The translations under genes and the position numbers were made by a program. Positions 1 through 12,890 of a stretch of DNA of 64,000 bases are shown here, piece by piece. Numbering within the stretch: the first letter of the stretch is position 1; every line of letters begins with the position of its first letter. The notes under the pieces are model-generated. The model was given only the letters and a program-made list of their open reading frames with translations. It searched no databases and was not told the origin of the DNA. The stretch is taken from the NCBI GenBank assembly GCA_032718475.1, contig JAUCBJ010000091.1, positions 1-64,000 on the forward strand. Direction: 5' to 3'. The DNA comes from Nemertoderma westbladi (Eukaryota > Animalia > Xenacoelomorpha).

Positions 1-25
1 TGACAGATCTTATTATGTCAATAAA

Positions 26-1933
26 ATGCCTAAAGATCAGGTAAGTAAATCCGAGTCTCGACCCAATGACAGAAGGGAACCGGTACAAAAAACCCTTCCT
101 ACGTCTCCTAAAAGAATTCAGGTGAGAAAGCCCGAGGAAAGAACAAGTGTGCACCACATAGCACAGGTTAAAGTAAGTAACATCAAGCCGAAATGTGTGC
201 TGTGCGACGGGCCCCACCGTTTAAATGCGTGTGATAAATTCCTGAGGAAATCACCCGAGGATAGACGTGAAGTCATGTGGGATAAGCGGTTGTGTTATAA
301 TTGCCTCAGACGAGGACACCAACGGCGAACCTGTAACTCCGACGCAAGGTGTGCAAAGTGCGGCGCAAAACATCATATCTTGTTGCACACGGAATTCGAA
401 CGAAACAGCCCGAGTCAGGTAAGTGAGTCCGAACTACATGTCCAATTCAGTGATGTGAACGACACTGATCAATCTGAGATGGAAGGATTCTATACGGACG
501 AGTTCTCCGACCAAAACGAATCCTGTTACCTAATAAACACCACCGCAGTGTATCGAGCACTCATGTATGAGAAAGACACAGACAGCGACCTCACCCTAAC
601 TACTTCAGATCAACAACCATCTTGGAAAGCGCCAACTTCCAATATAGGAATCCGAGAATTTCCTGTAGTCCAGTTACGGGTCCACGGACCTCAGAAGAGC
701 TATATAGTGAACGCCCTCCTGGACTCCGGTAGCACAGGAACATTCATCGATAAAGAGCTAGCCGAAAATATATTTGCTGGACAACCCAAGTTCCAAACTA
801 AGCTCAACATGTCAGGCATTATGCAAGTTTGGAAATCTACAATAACAGCTGATTATTATGTCGGAGCGTTGTCCACCCCCCAGGACGAATTAGGAGAACA
901 CAGCATAAGGTCAGTGAAAATGGTGGCTATAAAGAACTTCGCTACTACTCAAGCAGACCTTTATGATTGGGACGAGGATGAGAGCATCCAACATCTTAAC
1001 ATACCTCGATTCCAGACTGATTATCCTGGAGTGCAAATACTCATCGGCCAAAACGCGCATGAGGCGCTGGAGACATTAGAGAAACGGCCTGCTCAACCGC
1101 AGCCACTACAGACCTATGCGGTAAGAACTAGAGTAGGTTGGTACCTTACTGGACCTTCCCGTAGAACGCTCAGGGAAAGACTGCTTCAAGATCGCGTCTG
1201 CCAGGTGAGTGAATGGGAAGATGATACTAGTGAGGGAGACGACCCAACTGAGGGAACACCACACTCCTCAGATAATGACAATCTTAGCTCCAATGTAGAT
1301 CAATGGAGATATTGCCCCAAGAAGTTTAATCCAACGGACATCGCTTCCAGAGGAGCAACTCCTCAAGAACTGACAGATACTATAGACAGGTTAGGTGAAC
1401 CCGACTTCCTGAGTAAGGAGAATGAATGGCCTCCCCATCTTACTCCGACTGAGATTAGACCAGCCAAGGGAGCGGAGAAAGTCGAACCTGAAACCCGGAC
1501 GGGTGGATCGGAGTTATTTGAACCCGGGATAGATCTGTCGGTATTACATGTTGCCAGGGACGACGCCGTGGATCTGGGCCTCCCCTCCACGAGTGGATCC
1601 TTCATGAAGATCAGAGAGAGCGATTGGAGCTCTGGAACATCAGACGTCTCGCAGGGACTCTCACCTCTCCTGCAGAGAGCGACGGACCACTATAGCTCCT
1701 GGAATCGGCTTTGTGACGCCGTCATATACTTTGAGCGATGTTTCTATCGTCACTATTCCAGGACGAAGAGGAAACCTGGAATTGTATTCAGGATGCAGCG
1801 ACTCAATCACCCAGTCGGTCGTTTGTGTTTATCGGAAGGGAATGGAGGACTCTCCGGAAACTGTGGAAGTCAAGATTCTCTTCCCACGACCACCTCCCTA
1901 ATCCTTCAAACATCTAGGGACTCCATAACGTAA
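26..1933 (+). CDS. C-terminal part of Gag-protease polyprotein (RT/RNaseH/IN deleted)
   Basis: BEL/Pao triple Cys-His boxes (CVLCDGPH, CYNCLRRGH, CAKCGAKH) and protease ALLDSGS; matches the C-terminus of the 26628..31592 ORF. The ORF continues upstream of the window. Confidence 0.9.
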   Translation: MPKDQVSKSESRPNDRREPVQKTLPTSPKRIQVRKPEERTSVHHIAQVKVSNIKPKCVLCDGPHRLNACDKFLRKSPEDRREVMWDKRLCYNCLRRGHQRRTCNSDARCAKCGAKHHILLHTEFERNSPSQVSESELHVQFSDVNDTDQSEMEGFYTDEFSDQNESCYLINTTAVYRALMYEKDTDSDLTLTTSDQQPSWKAPTSNIGIREFPVVQLRVHGPQKSYIVNALLDSGSTGTFIDKELAENIFAGQPKFQTKLNMSGIMQVWKSTITADYYVGALSTPQDELGEHSIRSVKMVAIKNFATTQADLYDWDEDESIQHLNIPRFQTDYPGVQILIGQNAHEALETLEKRPAQPQPLQTYAVRTRVGWYLTGPSRRTLRERLLQDRVCQVSEWEDDTSEGDDPTEGTPHSSDNDNLSSNVDQWRYCPKKFNPTDIASRGATPQELTDTIDRLGEPDFLSKENEWPPHLTPTEIRPAKGAEKVEPETRTGGSELFEPGIDLSVLHVARDDAVDLGLPSTSGSFMKIRESDWSSGTSDVSQGLSPLLQRATDHYSSWNRLCDAVIYFERCFYRHYSRTKRKPGIVFRMQRLNHPVGRLCLSEGNGGLSGNCGSQDSLPTTTSLILQTSRDSIT

Positions 1934-3586
1934 CAACATATGGAGTGGGTGTGTGACTCTATTATTTTATATTATTTTATTATTTTTATATTTCTGTATG
2001 TATTACTATGTAATTTTATTATAATCGTTTTCTTTAATTTTATTCAGTAGAATGTTATTTTAGCGATTATTTAGTAGATTAGTGCAATATATATTCGCGT
2101 TTATTACTTAATTACGTATATATTATATTTAATGCGACGGCAAGAAATAATTCTTTTCCTCTTTCTTTACTGTCCGTATCATATTATAAATACGTGACTA
2201 CAGTAAGATGAAATGTCCGTACTTATTAAAGTACAATAAAGCCACTACTATATTTTAGTATTATTGGTAGGCAGAGTATTAGGAATGCAAAGTTCAGATC
2301 CTCGTGTCTCGGCTAAACCAAGCTCTGGGTAGACCTTGGAAACGACTTGCCTCTTCACACTGACATTGCTTCGTGCGATATTGCTCTCATACCGTATATT
2401 AAATAATACATATAGTAGCGTGATGTCCCTTTAACAGTAGCGTATAACGCAAAATAAATCTGTTAAACCCTTTGACCATCTGTAATTCTAGTCGATTAAG
2501 ATATCGTGGCACCCACCGATATACTTGAAAGACAAATTATAGAATCAGTGGTTAACGTCCCCAGACAAGTTCTGGAATAAATCGGTGCCCATCTCAAATA
2601 TTAATTATTTAATATTTGTAAATCTAATACGTCAAAATCTGTAAAATTTAGATCCTTTAACAATTCTAGTCGATTAAGATATCGTAGCATTTACCGATAT
2701 TCTTAAAAAAGACAATTGTCATAGAATTAAGGATCTTGTGTCCCTAGACATGTTCTAGAATCAAAATATGTCCATTTAATTATCAAATAATAAAATTTCA
2801 GGGAATAAATTTAAATTCATGCCTTTTAATGAATTTAATAAATTGCCATTTTTACGCAATTTATAAAGTTCCCAAAATTCCATTAATTAATAGATCAAGG
2901 GAGCGGAGATTTATCTTATCATGCGTATGAGTGTGTGAAAGTCTCCCAAACATAGTCAATAGCCGATAAAATTCATAAAGTCATGTATAACACAGAACAT
3001 TGACTATTAAAGAATTACTATTAAATAACATCCCAGATCTGTATGCATTGGAATCACCCTAATTCTACCGCTAGCTTTGCATAATGTCACCATAGCAACA
3101 ACCACGCTAGAATTAGAATTGAGTTAAAAGAACAATAGAAAGCTTGTCCCATTGAATAGCATAGGGAATAAATAGTGCACTGATAGTATCCAAGGATACA
3201 TAATAATACAGTGACATTCTGGAAGGCATTGACTAACAGACAAGTGACCCGAGTGTGTGTAATTTGTGACAAGTTGTGTGTGGTACTTGTGAGCTTATAG
3301 GCGAATGTTACTACTAAGGTGTGTTTACAGTAGCCAGTCGCAATCGTAAAGTAACCTAACTCTCCAAGGAAAACCTGAAGTACATCTAAGCCTTTGGGAC
3401 GGACAGTTGAGTGACTTGTGCCGGTTGTCGTTGTCGTTGTGCGGCTACGTCGTTGGCGAAAGTACAGCGGCGACGACACATCGGCGCTGAGGATCTCGTA
3501 CTGTCCGGGGGTTGATTGGGGTAGGCAGCGACGCCCGCTCGCCTAAATATAAACTCATTATAATGTGAATAAACTCATATATAGCA

Positions 3587-4667
3587 GATATGACGGAGTT
3601 GATAGAAGATGGTCTTGTCATCCTATCGATTTACACAATACGGACTATGTCGACTATATATCCTGCCCAGCGGAGTTGGAACCATAAACGGAAATTCAAA
3701 TGCGAAAATTCTATTCGAAATCGACTCGAAAGAAAAGACACTTAAGAAACAAATGGACGCGGTAACTCCAACGTATATTTGGAATTCTTGATAGAAGCAT
3801 TGTAACAACAAATAAATATCACCCGCGTTTACCCTACCAGACGTGCGTCTTTGGTATTATTACGATAAATGCCCTAGACCCAACTAATGAACGGAAAGAC
3901 ATAAACATCCACGTAAACCGAAACTTGTTGACGTATCACCTATGCTCACTCGGCTCGAACGATCCTGGAGTAAACCTACGATCAGAGTCCCGGAATACTC
4001 GGTCAAACCTCCTCATTCCTTAGTTGGACCTCAGACCTGCGATCTTGGTGGTGTCGCGGATCCTCGCGGACTGTATTCACTGTTCAAAGATCTAGTGCTA
4101 CCCTAACAATTAATCGGTAACACTCCGACAGTGATTTCTAGCTAGCCGCCCATCTTACCTAGCCGGATTGTGACGCGGACACCTAATATCACTATCCAAC
4201 CGTATGGTCGTCCACGTTTAACACGATACAACCCCTCATCAAGGGGAAGGAGAGCGTTGTACGAAACGAGTTAAACGCTATTTTATAAAGATCAAAAAGG
4301 AAACCTGCGTTTGTTCAGATAAACGTAAGTTATAACGGTGAGTCCAATCGATAAACGAATTGGCCTTATCTCAATTCGATTGGGAAATCCAGAATCTCTA
4401 AGAAGTTATCGAACTTGGACGATCCTATTCTCTGCGAGAGTTTTTGGATGAACGTATCCAGCTACGAGCGGAGGAAAATCAGCTCGAGGAGAAGCATATC
4501 GAAACGGTAGATACCTCGACCACAATCCTACACCTTCTGATGCAATCATATTGCACCCTTCACCCAGGAGTTATGGCCCTCCTAGTAAAGTGGCTCCCCC
4601 CAAAGAGAAAAAGACTCTTGCTAGCCTCAAAAAACTGCGTAAACGCCGTCTGCGTAAGAAAGACTAA
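3587..4667 (+). pseudogene. Internally deleted, stop-ridden relic of the accessory exonuclease ORF
   Basis: Patchy similarity to 38649..42907 (MTELIED start, ENSIRNRLER, DERIQLRAEENQLEE, KKLRKRR end). Confidence 0.85.
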
Positions 4668-4745
4668 CTGTTTAGAGTATCTTTATGTTTTAGAAACTGT
4701 GATTTTTATATTCTATAGACTGAAAATCCCATTTTCTGGGAGCGG

Positions 4746-5994
4746 TGTAAAAGCCTTTGCTGAATTGCCCCGTTATTTTTATTATCTTTTACATTAAAAT
4801 ACTCTGTAGTTGATTTAATAAGTGTAAGAGACCGTATTATTGCTGTATCGGTGTTTTTAGAGGATCTAAGACCTATTTCCTCCGTATGTGTACTGTGAAA
4901 GGCATATTTTATGAATCTATGGCAATTCGTGACGCAAAGGGGTGATAGCTACTCTTGAACAGTAGTTACTATGACTACGGTTAACAGCTGACATTCATAC
5001 GTGTTGATTTCCTTTGTTCTACGGCGTCTCTCAGTTCAGTCAGCCAATTAGAGCGTTTTTGTGGCTCCTTGTACAGAAAATTTCCGAGAAATGACGCAAT
5101 GCCTATGTGCAGTGTTTACATTCAGTCCTGAGCCAAAGAAAGAACGGCTTGGAAGTATTTTGTGCTTTACTGTTTTTTAGTCTTACACTAGTAGGTTTAA
5201 TTATAAAGGGCATATATCCTTTAACCTAACGACTACCTGACTCATGGAATCACCTGCTAACTGATCATACATACTGACTGCTGAAACATTGCAAACTCAT
5301 AACAATCAGTGTTTTCATTGTTGTTTTATACTGCTATTTACCGTCAGTTCTTCATAATATGGTTGATGAATAATTATATTTGGAATAACGATAAATATCC
5401 CCGAAACCCAATATTCTTGATATACCGAAGGTAAGAGAGAAGGGTTACAGATAAACGATTGTGACTTATGTTAAAGTGGTTTGAAGTGAATCTAATGTTA
5501 TTTGATAGACCCTACATGAGTCAGTCTGTGTTCCTTTTATATGTGACTAAAATCAGTGAAGATTGGCAGATTAGTGTGCAGTATTGTGCAGCATTGTGTA
5601 TGAGTGAGTCTGTTAAAGAAGCAATTCCTAAAGAATGCGCCATATATGTGAATTATAATTAAGCCATATCGTTGTGAGTAGTTTAAGTCATAACTCTGTT
5701 TATATAGATAAAGCGCCACGTCCTAAAGGAACTGTTAATATTACCGAAGGTGAATAATATTGTCAGAGATTATATAGTACTGTCAGTCGAATAATACATT
5801 AGGCTTACATAGCAATAAAATTAAACCGTCGAACCCAATCTCCCGGGAATATCCAGCGGGTGAATGGTCGCGCACGGATTGGTTTCGACTAGTGTAGTGA
5901 ATCAAATACTTGTCATAGACTAAAAACTGATTTAATATCTAGAAGACATCTTAATTTGGTGGGTTAAACTGCCAAAGGTCTGAAAGCGCGAACA
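4746..5994 (+). repeat. 3' LTR of subfamily B copy 1 (1249 bp)
   Basis: TG...CA ends; homologous to 23206-24472; preceded by TCCCATTTTCTGGGAGCGG as in the other 3' LTRs. Confidence 0.93.
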
Positions 5995-6614
5995 AAAATT
6001 GCACAACCTCCTCGTTTAGTTTCCCGAGTGTCTTTTGATACCAGCTCATACATAACCGGGAAATTGAGTTTCTGAAAGATTTAAATTATTACACAAAAAG
6101 GTCTCTGAAAATGTAAACACATCAAATTTCGTTTTCATAGTTTCAAAAAAATCAGATATTTCGTGCTTACAGTATGAGCCGGTAGACTTTGGGTATTAAC
6201 ATGAAAAACTGAGAGAGATTTGGAATTATCTAAGTTGCTGAATTTTTTATCACATATTTCAGCTGTGAAATAATCTTGGGAAATTATGTTATTAATTAAA
6301 TGAATGTCTGGATCGATATCATTAAATGCGGGATTAGTTAAGTCATTATCAAAGTTAATATTAAGATTTGCAGACTCACAGTAAAAGATATCATCATCGT
6401 CATCACTGACGCTTGCAAATGTAAATAATTTTATGTAGCAATATATGCACAAAAGATTATTGGGGTGGGATGTATTTATGAATTGATTTGCCTCCTGCTG
6501 AGTAAGACAGGATCCACACTGAAAGTGGTAAATTAAATCACAAAGGTCGCATTTTAGTTTTAGGTCAGATATTGTGAATTTCGAGAAGCAAAAATCGCAG
6601 TTATTGTCATTCAT
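5995..6614 (-). pseudogene. LINE (CR1/L2-like) fragment: PHD-like finger plus start of APE endonuclease, interrupted by the LTR element
   Basis: CDFC..CDLC..HFQC..CIYC finger, DIDPD..SLSVFHVNTQSL endonuclease start, and on the minus strand of 5995-6035 TRETKRGGCAIF, which ends at the LTR junction. Confidence 0.7.
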
Positions 6615-7160
6615 AGTGTTAGAAGGGTTAGTATAGGGAGAGTGCTAGAGAATAAGTATAGAATATTAGGAGGGTAGGTTAAAAAAGGGGGTGGGGGGGG
6701 GGGGGGGGGTGTGGGGTTGAGGTTGAGGTTGTGTTCTTACCTTACTTCTTATTGGTATTGCCCAAAAACGAGCGGCATATACCAAAAAAAACCCGTAAGA
6801 TTAAAAGTAATTATATATACGATATTATACACTAACTTATTGCTTTACTTCTTATTGGTAGCTTCTTACTGATAGCCAAGATAACAGCAGTAGAGATACC
6901 GGTAGCATAGAAACTAAAATGTACATAAAAAGTCAAAACAAACGGACATAATGAGTGATTTAAACGGACAACAATAGTTATTCTCTTTTAAAATCGACTG
7001 TACTGCTATAGGTTCATTGTATAGTACAGTAGTAGGCCTACAGTAGTACATTGTAGTACCGTCACAGACTGACAGACGCCACAGACGGTATCGGTACCTA
7101 TGTACCTGCTGCAGTGCTGATCTGTGGTTGTGATAAAATTGTACAAAGTGCAAAGTTAAC

Positions 7161-8894
7161 ATGTCCTTTACTAAACTCGACTCAAAAGATCTTCAAAAAG
7201 GGCGCGAGGAGCCCAAGAAACAATCTCGTTTGGAATGGAAACAGCAGAAAGAGTTGGAAGAGGCTCGGAAAGCGGGTACCGCGCCTGCAGAAGTGGACGA
7301 ATTCGGCCACGACATCAACCCACACATCCCCCATTACATAGTCAGCTCGCCGTGGTACCTCCAAGCAAATGGGCCCACATTAGAGCACCAACGTGCTTTC
7401 AAAACCGCACAACGACAGCGACCCACCGCAGTCTCAGAAGAGATAGTAAAAACTGGCTACCTTCCCGGAGGGAGCGCTACTAAATACCGCAAGGGGGCGT
7501 GCGATAACTGCGGCGCGATGACTCACAAAAAGAAAGATTGTCTGGAGCGTCCGAGGAAGGTTGGGGCGCGGTACACCGGTTCGTTTATAATGCCGGACGA
7601 GCGAGTACTTCCGTCGCAATCGTTTACGTTCGATGGGAAACGCGACAGGTGGTGCGGCTACAACGCAGCCGATTACAAGGCCGTCATAGAGGAACACGAG
7701 AAGGTCGAACTCGCTAAGAAACAGCTGAAATCGAAGCAACTCGAGGAAGAGTTGGTGCGAAGTGACGTCACAGTTAGTGATGACGTCGACGACGACAAAT
7801 ACGCCGACCACGCCGATATGCCAGGGCAGAAGTTCGACTCGAAGATTCGGATCACCGTTCGGAACCTGCGGATACGGGAGGACACCGCCAAGTACCTGAG
7901 GAATCTCGGGGATGGTTCGGCGCATTACGACCCCAAGACGCGCGCGATGCGAGAGAACCCGTACGAGGAGAGCGGTAGGGAGAAGGGCGACTTGGATTAC
8001 GCGGGTGATAACTTCGTGCGGTACTCCGGTACTACTCGGCAGATGGGGCGCGCGCAGTTATTCGCGTGGGAGGCGGCCGAGCGGGGCGTCGACGTTCACA
8101 TGGAGGGGGAGCCGACCCGAACCGCAATGGCCTTGCGGGAGTTCGAGGGGAGAGCCGGCCGCGCGGAAGAGGAGCGTAGAGAGCGAATCGTGGGGAAGTA
8201 CGGGGAATTAGGGGTGGAAGGGGAGCGCGGATTGCTGTTGGGACAGACGGAAGAGTACAGGGAGTACAGCAGGAGTGGGGCCGTGATAAAGGGAAGGGAT
8301 GTTGTTAAAGCGAAGTCGCGTTACGAGGAGGACGTTTACGTGAACAATCACAGTTCGGTTTGGGGTTCCTACTGGACAGGGTGTCTGTGGGGCTACCGGT
8401 GTTGCAGGTCGACCGTGAGGAACTCTTACTGCGTGGGGGGCAGTGCTATGGAGCCGGAACTGCCCCCTGGGGGGTTGGGGGAAGGAGGGGGGGTGACTGA
8501 GGAGGGGGGGTCCCAGGGGATAGTAGTCGGGGAGAACGATCCAGGAGGGGACAACACCGAGGATAAACCAAAGTCATTATTGGAACTTCATAAGCAGAAG
8601 TTATTAAACTTAAAAAAACAGAGTAAAAAAAGGAAAGTTAGCGGATCGTCGTCTAGTGATTCAGATTCGCCAAGTTGCAATAAGAAACTCCACAAGGGAG
8701 ACATTGAATCGGCGTTGCTACGACACGACATGGAGACCCGCAGAACGGAGGAGATAATCTCGATGGACGAGAGACAACGTCCATATAACTCTATGTACGA
8801 AACCCACCAACCCACACAGGCAGAACTCGAAGTGTTTCGGTTGAAGAGACACCAAAAGGAGGATCCTATGTTTAAATTATTAGATAATAAATAA
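7161..8894 (+). CDS. SLU7: Pre-mRNA splicing factor SLU7 (intronless)
   Basis: Motifs ELEEARKAGTAPAEVDE..INPHIP, KGACDNCGAMTHKKKDCLERPRK, VRNLRIREDTAKYL, SRYEEDVYVNNHSSVWGSYW. Confidence 0.97.
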   Translation: MSFTKLDSKDLQKGREEPKKQSRLEWKQQKELEEARKAGTAPAEVDEFGHDINPHIPHYIVSSPWYLQANGPTLEHQRAFKTAQRQRPTAVSEEIVKTGYLPGGSATKYRKGACDNCGAMTHKKKDCLERPRKVGARYTGSFIMPDERVLPSQSFTFDGKRDRWCGYNAADYKAVIEEHEKVELAKKQLKSKQLEEELVRSDVTVSDDVDDDKYADHADMPGQKFDSKIRITVRNLRIREDTAKYLRNLGDGSAHYDPKTRAMRENPYEESGREKGDLDYAGDNFVRYSGTTRQMGRAQLFAWEAAERGVDVHMEGEPTRTAMALREFEGRAGRAEEERRERIVGKYGELGVEGERGLLLGQTEEYREYSRSGAVIKGRDVVKAKSRYEEDVYVNNHSSVWGSYWTGCLWGYRCCRSTVRNSYCVGGSAMEPELPPGGLGEGGGVTEEGGSQGIVVGENDPGGDNTEDKPKSLLELHKQKLLNLKKQSKKRKVSGSSSSDSDSPSCNKKLHKGDIESALLRHDMETRRTEEIISMDERQRPYNSMYETHQPTQAELEVFRLKRHQKEDPMFKLLDNK

Positions 8895-9766
8895 AATCAT
8901 TGTTTATATGTTTTAACAACCATGAGATTGTATAAATTATTAAATAATTCAAACAGGACTTAGGATTCAATCCCCGCTGGTGGCGAATTCATTTTTTCCG
9001 CTCCATTTGCTATAGAGTTGGATCATCATTGTTTAATGTTTGTTTATATAACTTTGGGGGGAATATAATAATTATTAGATATCCAACAGTAAAGTTTACA
9101 AATTCTATACTATTAATTATAAATTTTATTCTATAATTTTAATTCTTAATTTGAAATTCTACAATCGAGGTTTTCAAATGAAACATATGTCATATTTGCA
9201 CTTCATTGTTCACTTTTATTTCTATTCCAACTACGCTTTAAGGGTATTCTTAATTCCAAAACTCGTGATATTGAGTATTATATTTATTTCTAATAGGATT
9301 AAAATTATTTAAAATACACTATACGTCATAGGCCTACTCAACTAAATAAATATACATATATATTTTTCTTTTTTTTCTATTTTTTATGTCTTGATGGTTG
9401 CTATGCATTGATTCACTTAGCATTAAACGCGTAATCTAATAATATCCTCAATTTTTTAACATAAGTAAATCTGAGCATACCTAACCTAACCGTAATCCTA
9501 AATAGACCTGAGCTAATTACGACAGAAACATCGCATATAAGTAATTAAACTATCTCTAGTTTGCTTGCAGGTTTTATCAAAACTAAAAGAGCCAATATGA
9601 GTAACTCAGTACTTTACTACGATTATTTTTACTAGAGCCCCTTGGAGCTGAACCTAAAATTGGTTAATATCTATTTATTAAATGGGAAACAATATAGATC
9701 GCGAAATTAGAGAAATAAGCTATTCATTTTTCAAATAATGGGCCTACCTAATTTTATTTCAGAAGA

Positions 9767-12171
9767 TTGCCTTTTCCACCTCCCCCTATTGCTTTCCCCA
9801 CCTCCCCCCTATTGCCTTTTCCACCCCCCCCCCCCCCCCCCCATTGCCTTTTCCACCTCCCCTATTGCATTTTCCACCCCCCCCCCCCTCCCCTATTGTA
9901 GGGATACCAAGAACTCGCCCCACTATGTGGCTCGCCCCAGCAGTGTAGTCATACCATGGATTCGCCTTACTACGTGGCTCGCCCCAGAACACAGACATTA
10001 CTTTCAGACATTAATCCGCTCAGTACTGTAGCACGTAGCCTACTTATGCACCTTGTCTGCATGATACCAGTACAGCACTGCAGTCTCTTGGTATTATATG
10101 TAGCACTGGTCGGTCAGATCTATTTCGGCATTTCCGCTCATCCCGCCCGGTCCCCTCATATCGCATATCCTTACACCTATTGCCTTTTCCACCTCCCCCC
10201 TATTGCCTTTTCCACCTCCCCTATTGCCTTTTCCACTCCCCCTATTGCCTTTTCCACCTCCCCCTTTTGCCTTTTCCACCTCCCCCCTATTGCCTTTCCA
10301 CCTCCCCCTATTGCCTTTTCCACCTCCGCCTATTGCCTTTTCCACCTCCCCTATTGCCTTTCCCACCTCCCCCATTGCCTTTTCCACTTACCCTATTGCC
10401 TTTTCCACCTCCCCCTATTGCATTTTCCCCCTCCCCCTATTGCCTTTTCCCCCTCCCCCTATTGCCTTTTCCACCTCCCCTATTGCCTTTTCCTCCTCCC
10501 CCTATTGCCTTTTCCACCTCCCCCTATTGCCTTTTCCACCTCCCCCTATTGCCTTTTCCACCTCCCCCTTTTGCCTTTTCCACCTCCCCCTTTTGCCTTT
10601 TCCACCTCCCCCCTATTGCCTTTCCACCTCCCCCTATTGCCTTTTCCACCTCCGCCTATTGCCTTTTCCACCTCCCCTATTGCCTTTTCCACCTACCCTA
10701 TTGCCTTTTCCACCTCCCCCTATTGCCTTTTCCACCTCCCCCTATTGCCTTTTCCACCACCCCCCTATTGCCTTTCCACCTCCCCGTATTGCCTTTTCCA
10801 CCTCCCCGCATTGCCTTTTCCACCTCCCCCTATTGCCTTTTCCACCTCCCCCATTGCCTTTTCCACCTCCCCTATTGCCTTTTCCACCCACCCTATTGCC
10901 TTTTCCACCTCCCCCTATTGCCTTTTCCACCTCCCCCTATTGCCTTTTCCACCTCCCCCCCCCTATTGCCTTTCCACCTCCCCGTATTGCCTTTTCCACC
11001 TCCCCGCATTGCCTTTTCCACCTACCCTATTGCCTTTTCCACCTCCCCCTATTGCCTTTTCCACCTGCCCTATTGCCTTTTCCACCTCCCCCTATTGCCT
11101 TTTCCACCTCCCCCTATTGCCTTTTCCACCTCCCCCTATTGCCTTTTCCACCTCCCCCTATTGCCTTTTCCACCTCCCCCTATTGCCTTTTCCACCTCCC
11201 CCCTATTGCCTTTCCACCTCCCCGTATTGCCTTTTCCACCTCCCCGCATTGCCTTTTCCACCTCCCCCTATTGCCTTTTCCACCTCCCCCTATTGCCCTT
11301 TCCACCTCCCCCTATTGCCCTTTCCACCTCCCCCTATTGCCTTTTCCACCTCCCTCTATTGCCTTTTCCACCTCCCCCATTGCCTTTTCCACTTCCCCTA
11401 TTGCCTTTTCCACCTACCCTATTGCCTTTTCAACCTCCCCCTATTGCCTTTTCCACCTCCCCCTATTGCCTTTTCCACCTCCCCCCTATTGCCTTTCCAC
11501 CTCCCCGTATTGCCTTTTCCACCTCCCCGCATTGCCTTTTCCACCTCCCCCTATTGCCTTTTCCACCTCCCCCTATTGCCCTTTCCACCTCCCCCTATTG
11601 CCTTTTCCACCTACCCTATTGCCTTTTCCACCCCCCCCCCCCCCCCCCTATTGCCTTTTCCACCTACCCTATTGCCTTTTCCACCTCCCCCTATTGCCTT
11701 TTCCACCTCCCCCTATTGCCTTTTCCACCTCCCCCTATTGCCTTTTCCCACCTCCCCCCTATTGCCTTTCCACCTCCCCGTATTGCCTTTTCCACCTCCC
11801 CGCATTGCCTTTTCCACCTCCCCCTATTGCCTTTTCCACCTCCCCCTATTGCCCTTTCCACCTCCCCCTATTGCCCTTTCCACCTCCCCCTATTGCCTTT
11901 TCCACCTCCCTCTATTGCCTTTTCCACCTCCCCCTATTGCCTTTTCCACCTCCCCCTATTGCCTTTTCCACCTCCCCCCTATTGCCTTTCCACCTCCCCG
12001 TATTGCCTTTTCCACCTCCCCGCATTGCCTTTTCCACCTCCCCCTATTGCCTTTTCCACCTCCCCCTATTGCCCTTTCCACCTCCCCCTATTGCCTTTTC
12101 CACCTCCCCCTATTGCCTTTTCCACCTCCCCCTATTGCCTTTCCACCTCCCCGTATTGCCTTTTCCACCTC
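9767..12171. repeat. C/T-rich minisatellite, about 22-bp unit TATTGCCTTTTCCACCTCCCCC
   Basis: Directly visible tandem array with variable C-run length and recurring variants (CCCGTATT, CCCGCATT). Confidence 0.97.
9897..10175. mobile_element. Solo LTR (279 bp) of an unrelated LTR element inserted in the minisatellite
   Basis: Ends TGTAGGGATA...TATCCTTACA (inverted, 1 mismatch), flanked by the 5-bp duplication CCTAT (9892-9896, 10176-10180). Confidence 0.8.
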
Positions 12172-12890
12172 ACTTTGCTCACCTTAAATATTGTACCAAA
12201 CAGCAGTGGTAAGATTCCGGGGTAACCATGTGTATTCATATAAACTTTGATTTTAGAAGGTTTGTAGTACCGGTAGACGTTGGCATTTCTGATGTACAGT
12301 ATAATACAGGGGTGGGATGCCCGATATACGATGCCCAAATACCAGAAATTAAACGAAATACTGTTACAATTATAATTATACTATGACTTGGTATATAATA
12401 TTCTCATATTGGCTTCCGACACACACTCACACTGACACCTACACGGACAGACTTGGAAAACGGCCATAGTATAATAATTTATTTAACTGACGACATGCCA
12501 ACTTTAGGGCGTTCATATTTACTTAATTGGATAATGGTAAATAGCCTGATTTGTTTTATACAGGGTACCTAGCAACGCCAACTGCCAACAGCTGGATTAA
12601 ATAGCAGTTGCCCTTAAAACAACTAGAGTCACTATTTCGGAAGCCCTTAAAACAACTAGAGGCACTATCCGGTAACACAGGGCCAGTGACCGAACAAACA
12701 AGCAGCAGTTAAATTGACTAACACTGTGGGGCAAGCCACGAAAGTGAGCGTGCTTAGAATACGGGTACCAATCTCAACCTCTCGTCTGTCTAACGTCTGC
12801 CTGTCGTTGGTTAGTCGCTCCGTCTACTCTTTGAATGCTAGTACAGTACAGTAACTCAGCGAATCTTTGATGGAATTATACCAAACGTAG

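Larger units (their letters stand above)
1..5994 (+). mobile_element. Non-autonomous BEL/Pao LTR retrotransposon, subfamily B, copy 1 (5' part outside the window)
   Basis: Near-identical to 29662-35048. Has the Gag zinc-knuckle/protease ORF end, the conserved 3' non-coding region, a decayed accessory ORF and a 3' LTR TGTAAAAG...GCGCGAACA. Confidence 0.92.

Noticed and set aside
8955-9005. tRNA gene (GGATTCAATCCC B-box-like)
   Set aside because: No cloverleaf or A box; at most a SINE fragment.
9767-12171. CRISPR-like array
   Set aside because: Units are contiguous with no unique spacers, there are no cas genes, and the context is eukaryotic.
9738-12225. Long Pro/Phe-rich ORFs (743, 681, 669 aa)
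   Set aside because: They are translations of a stop-free minisatellite in all three frames.
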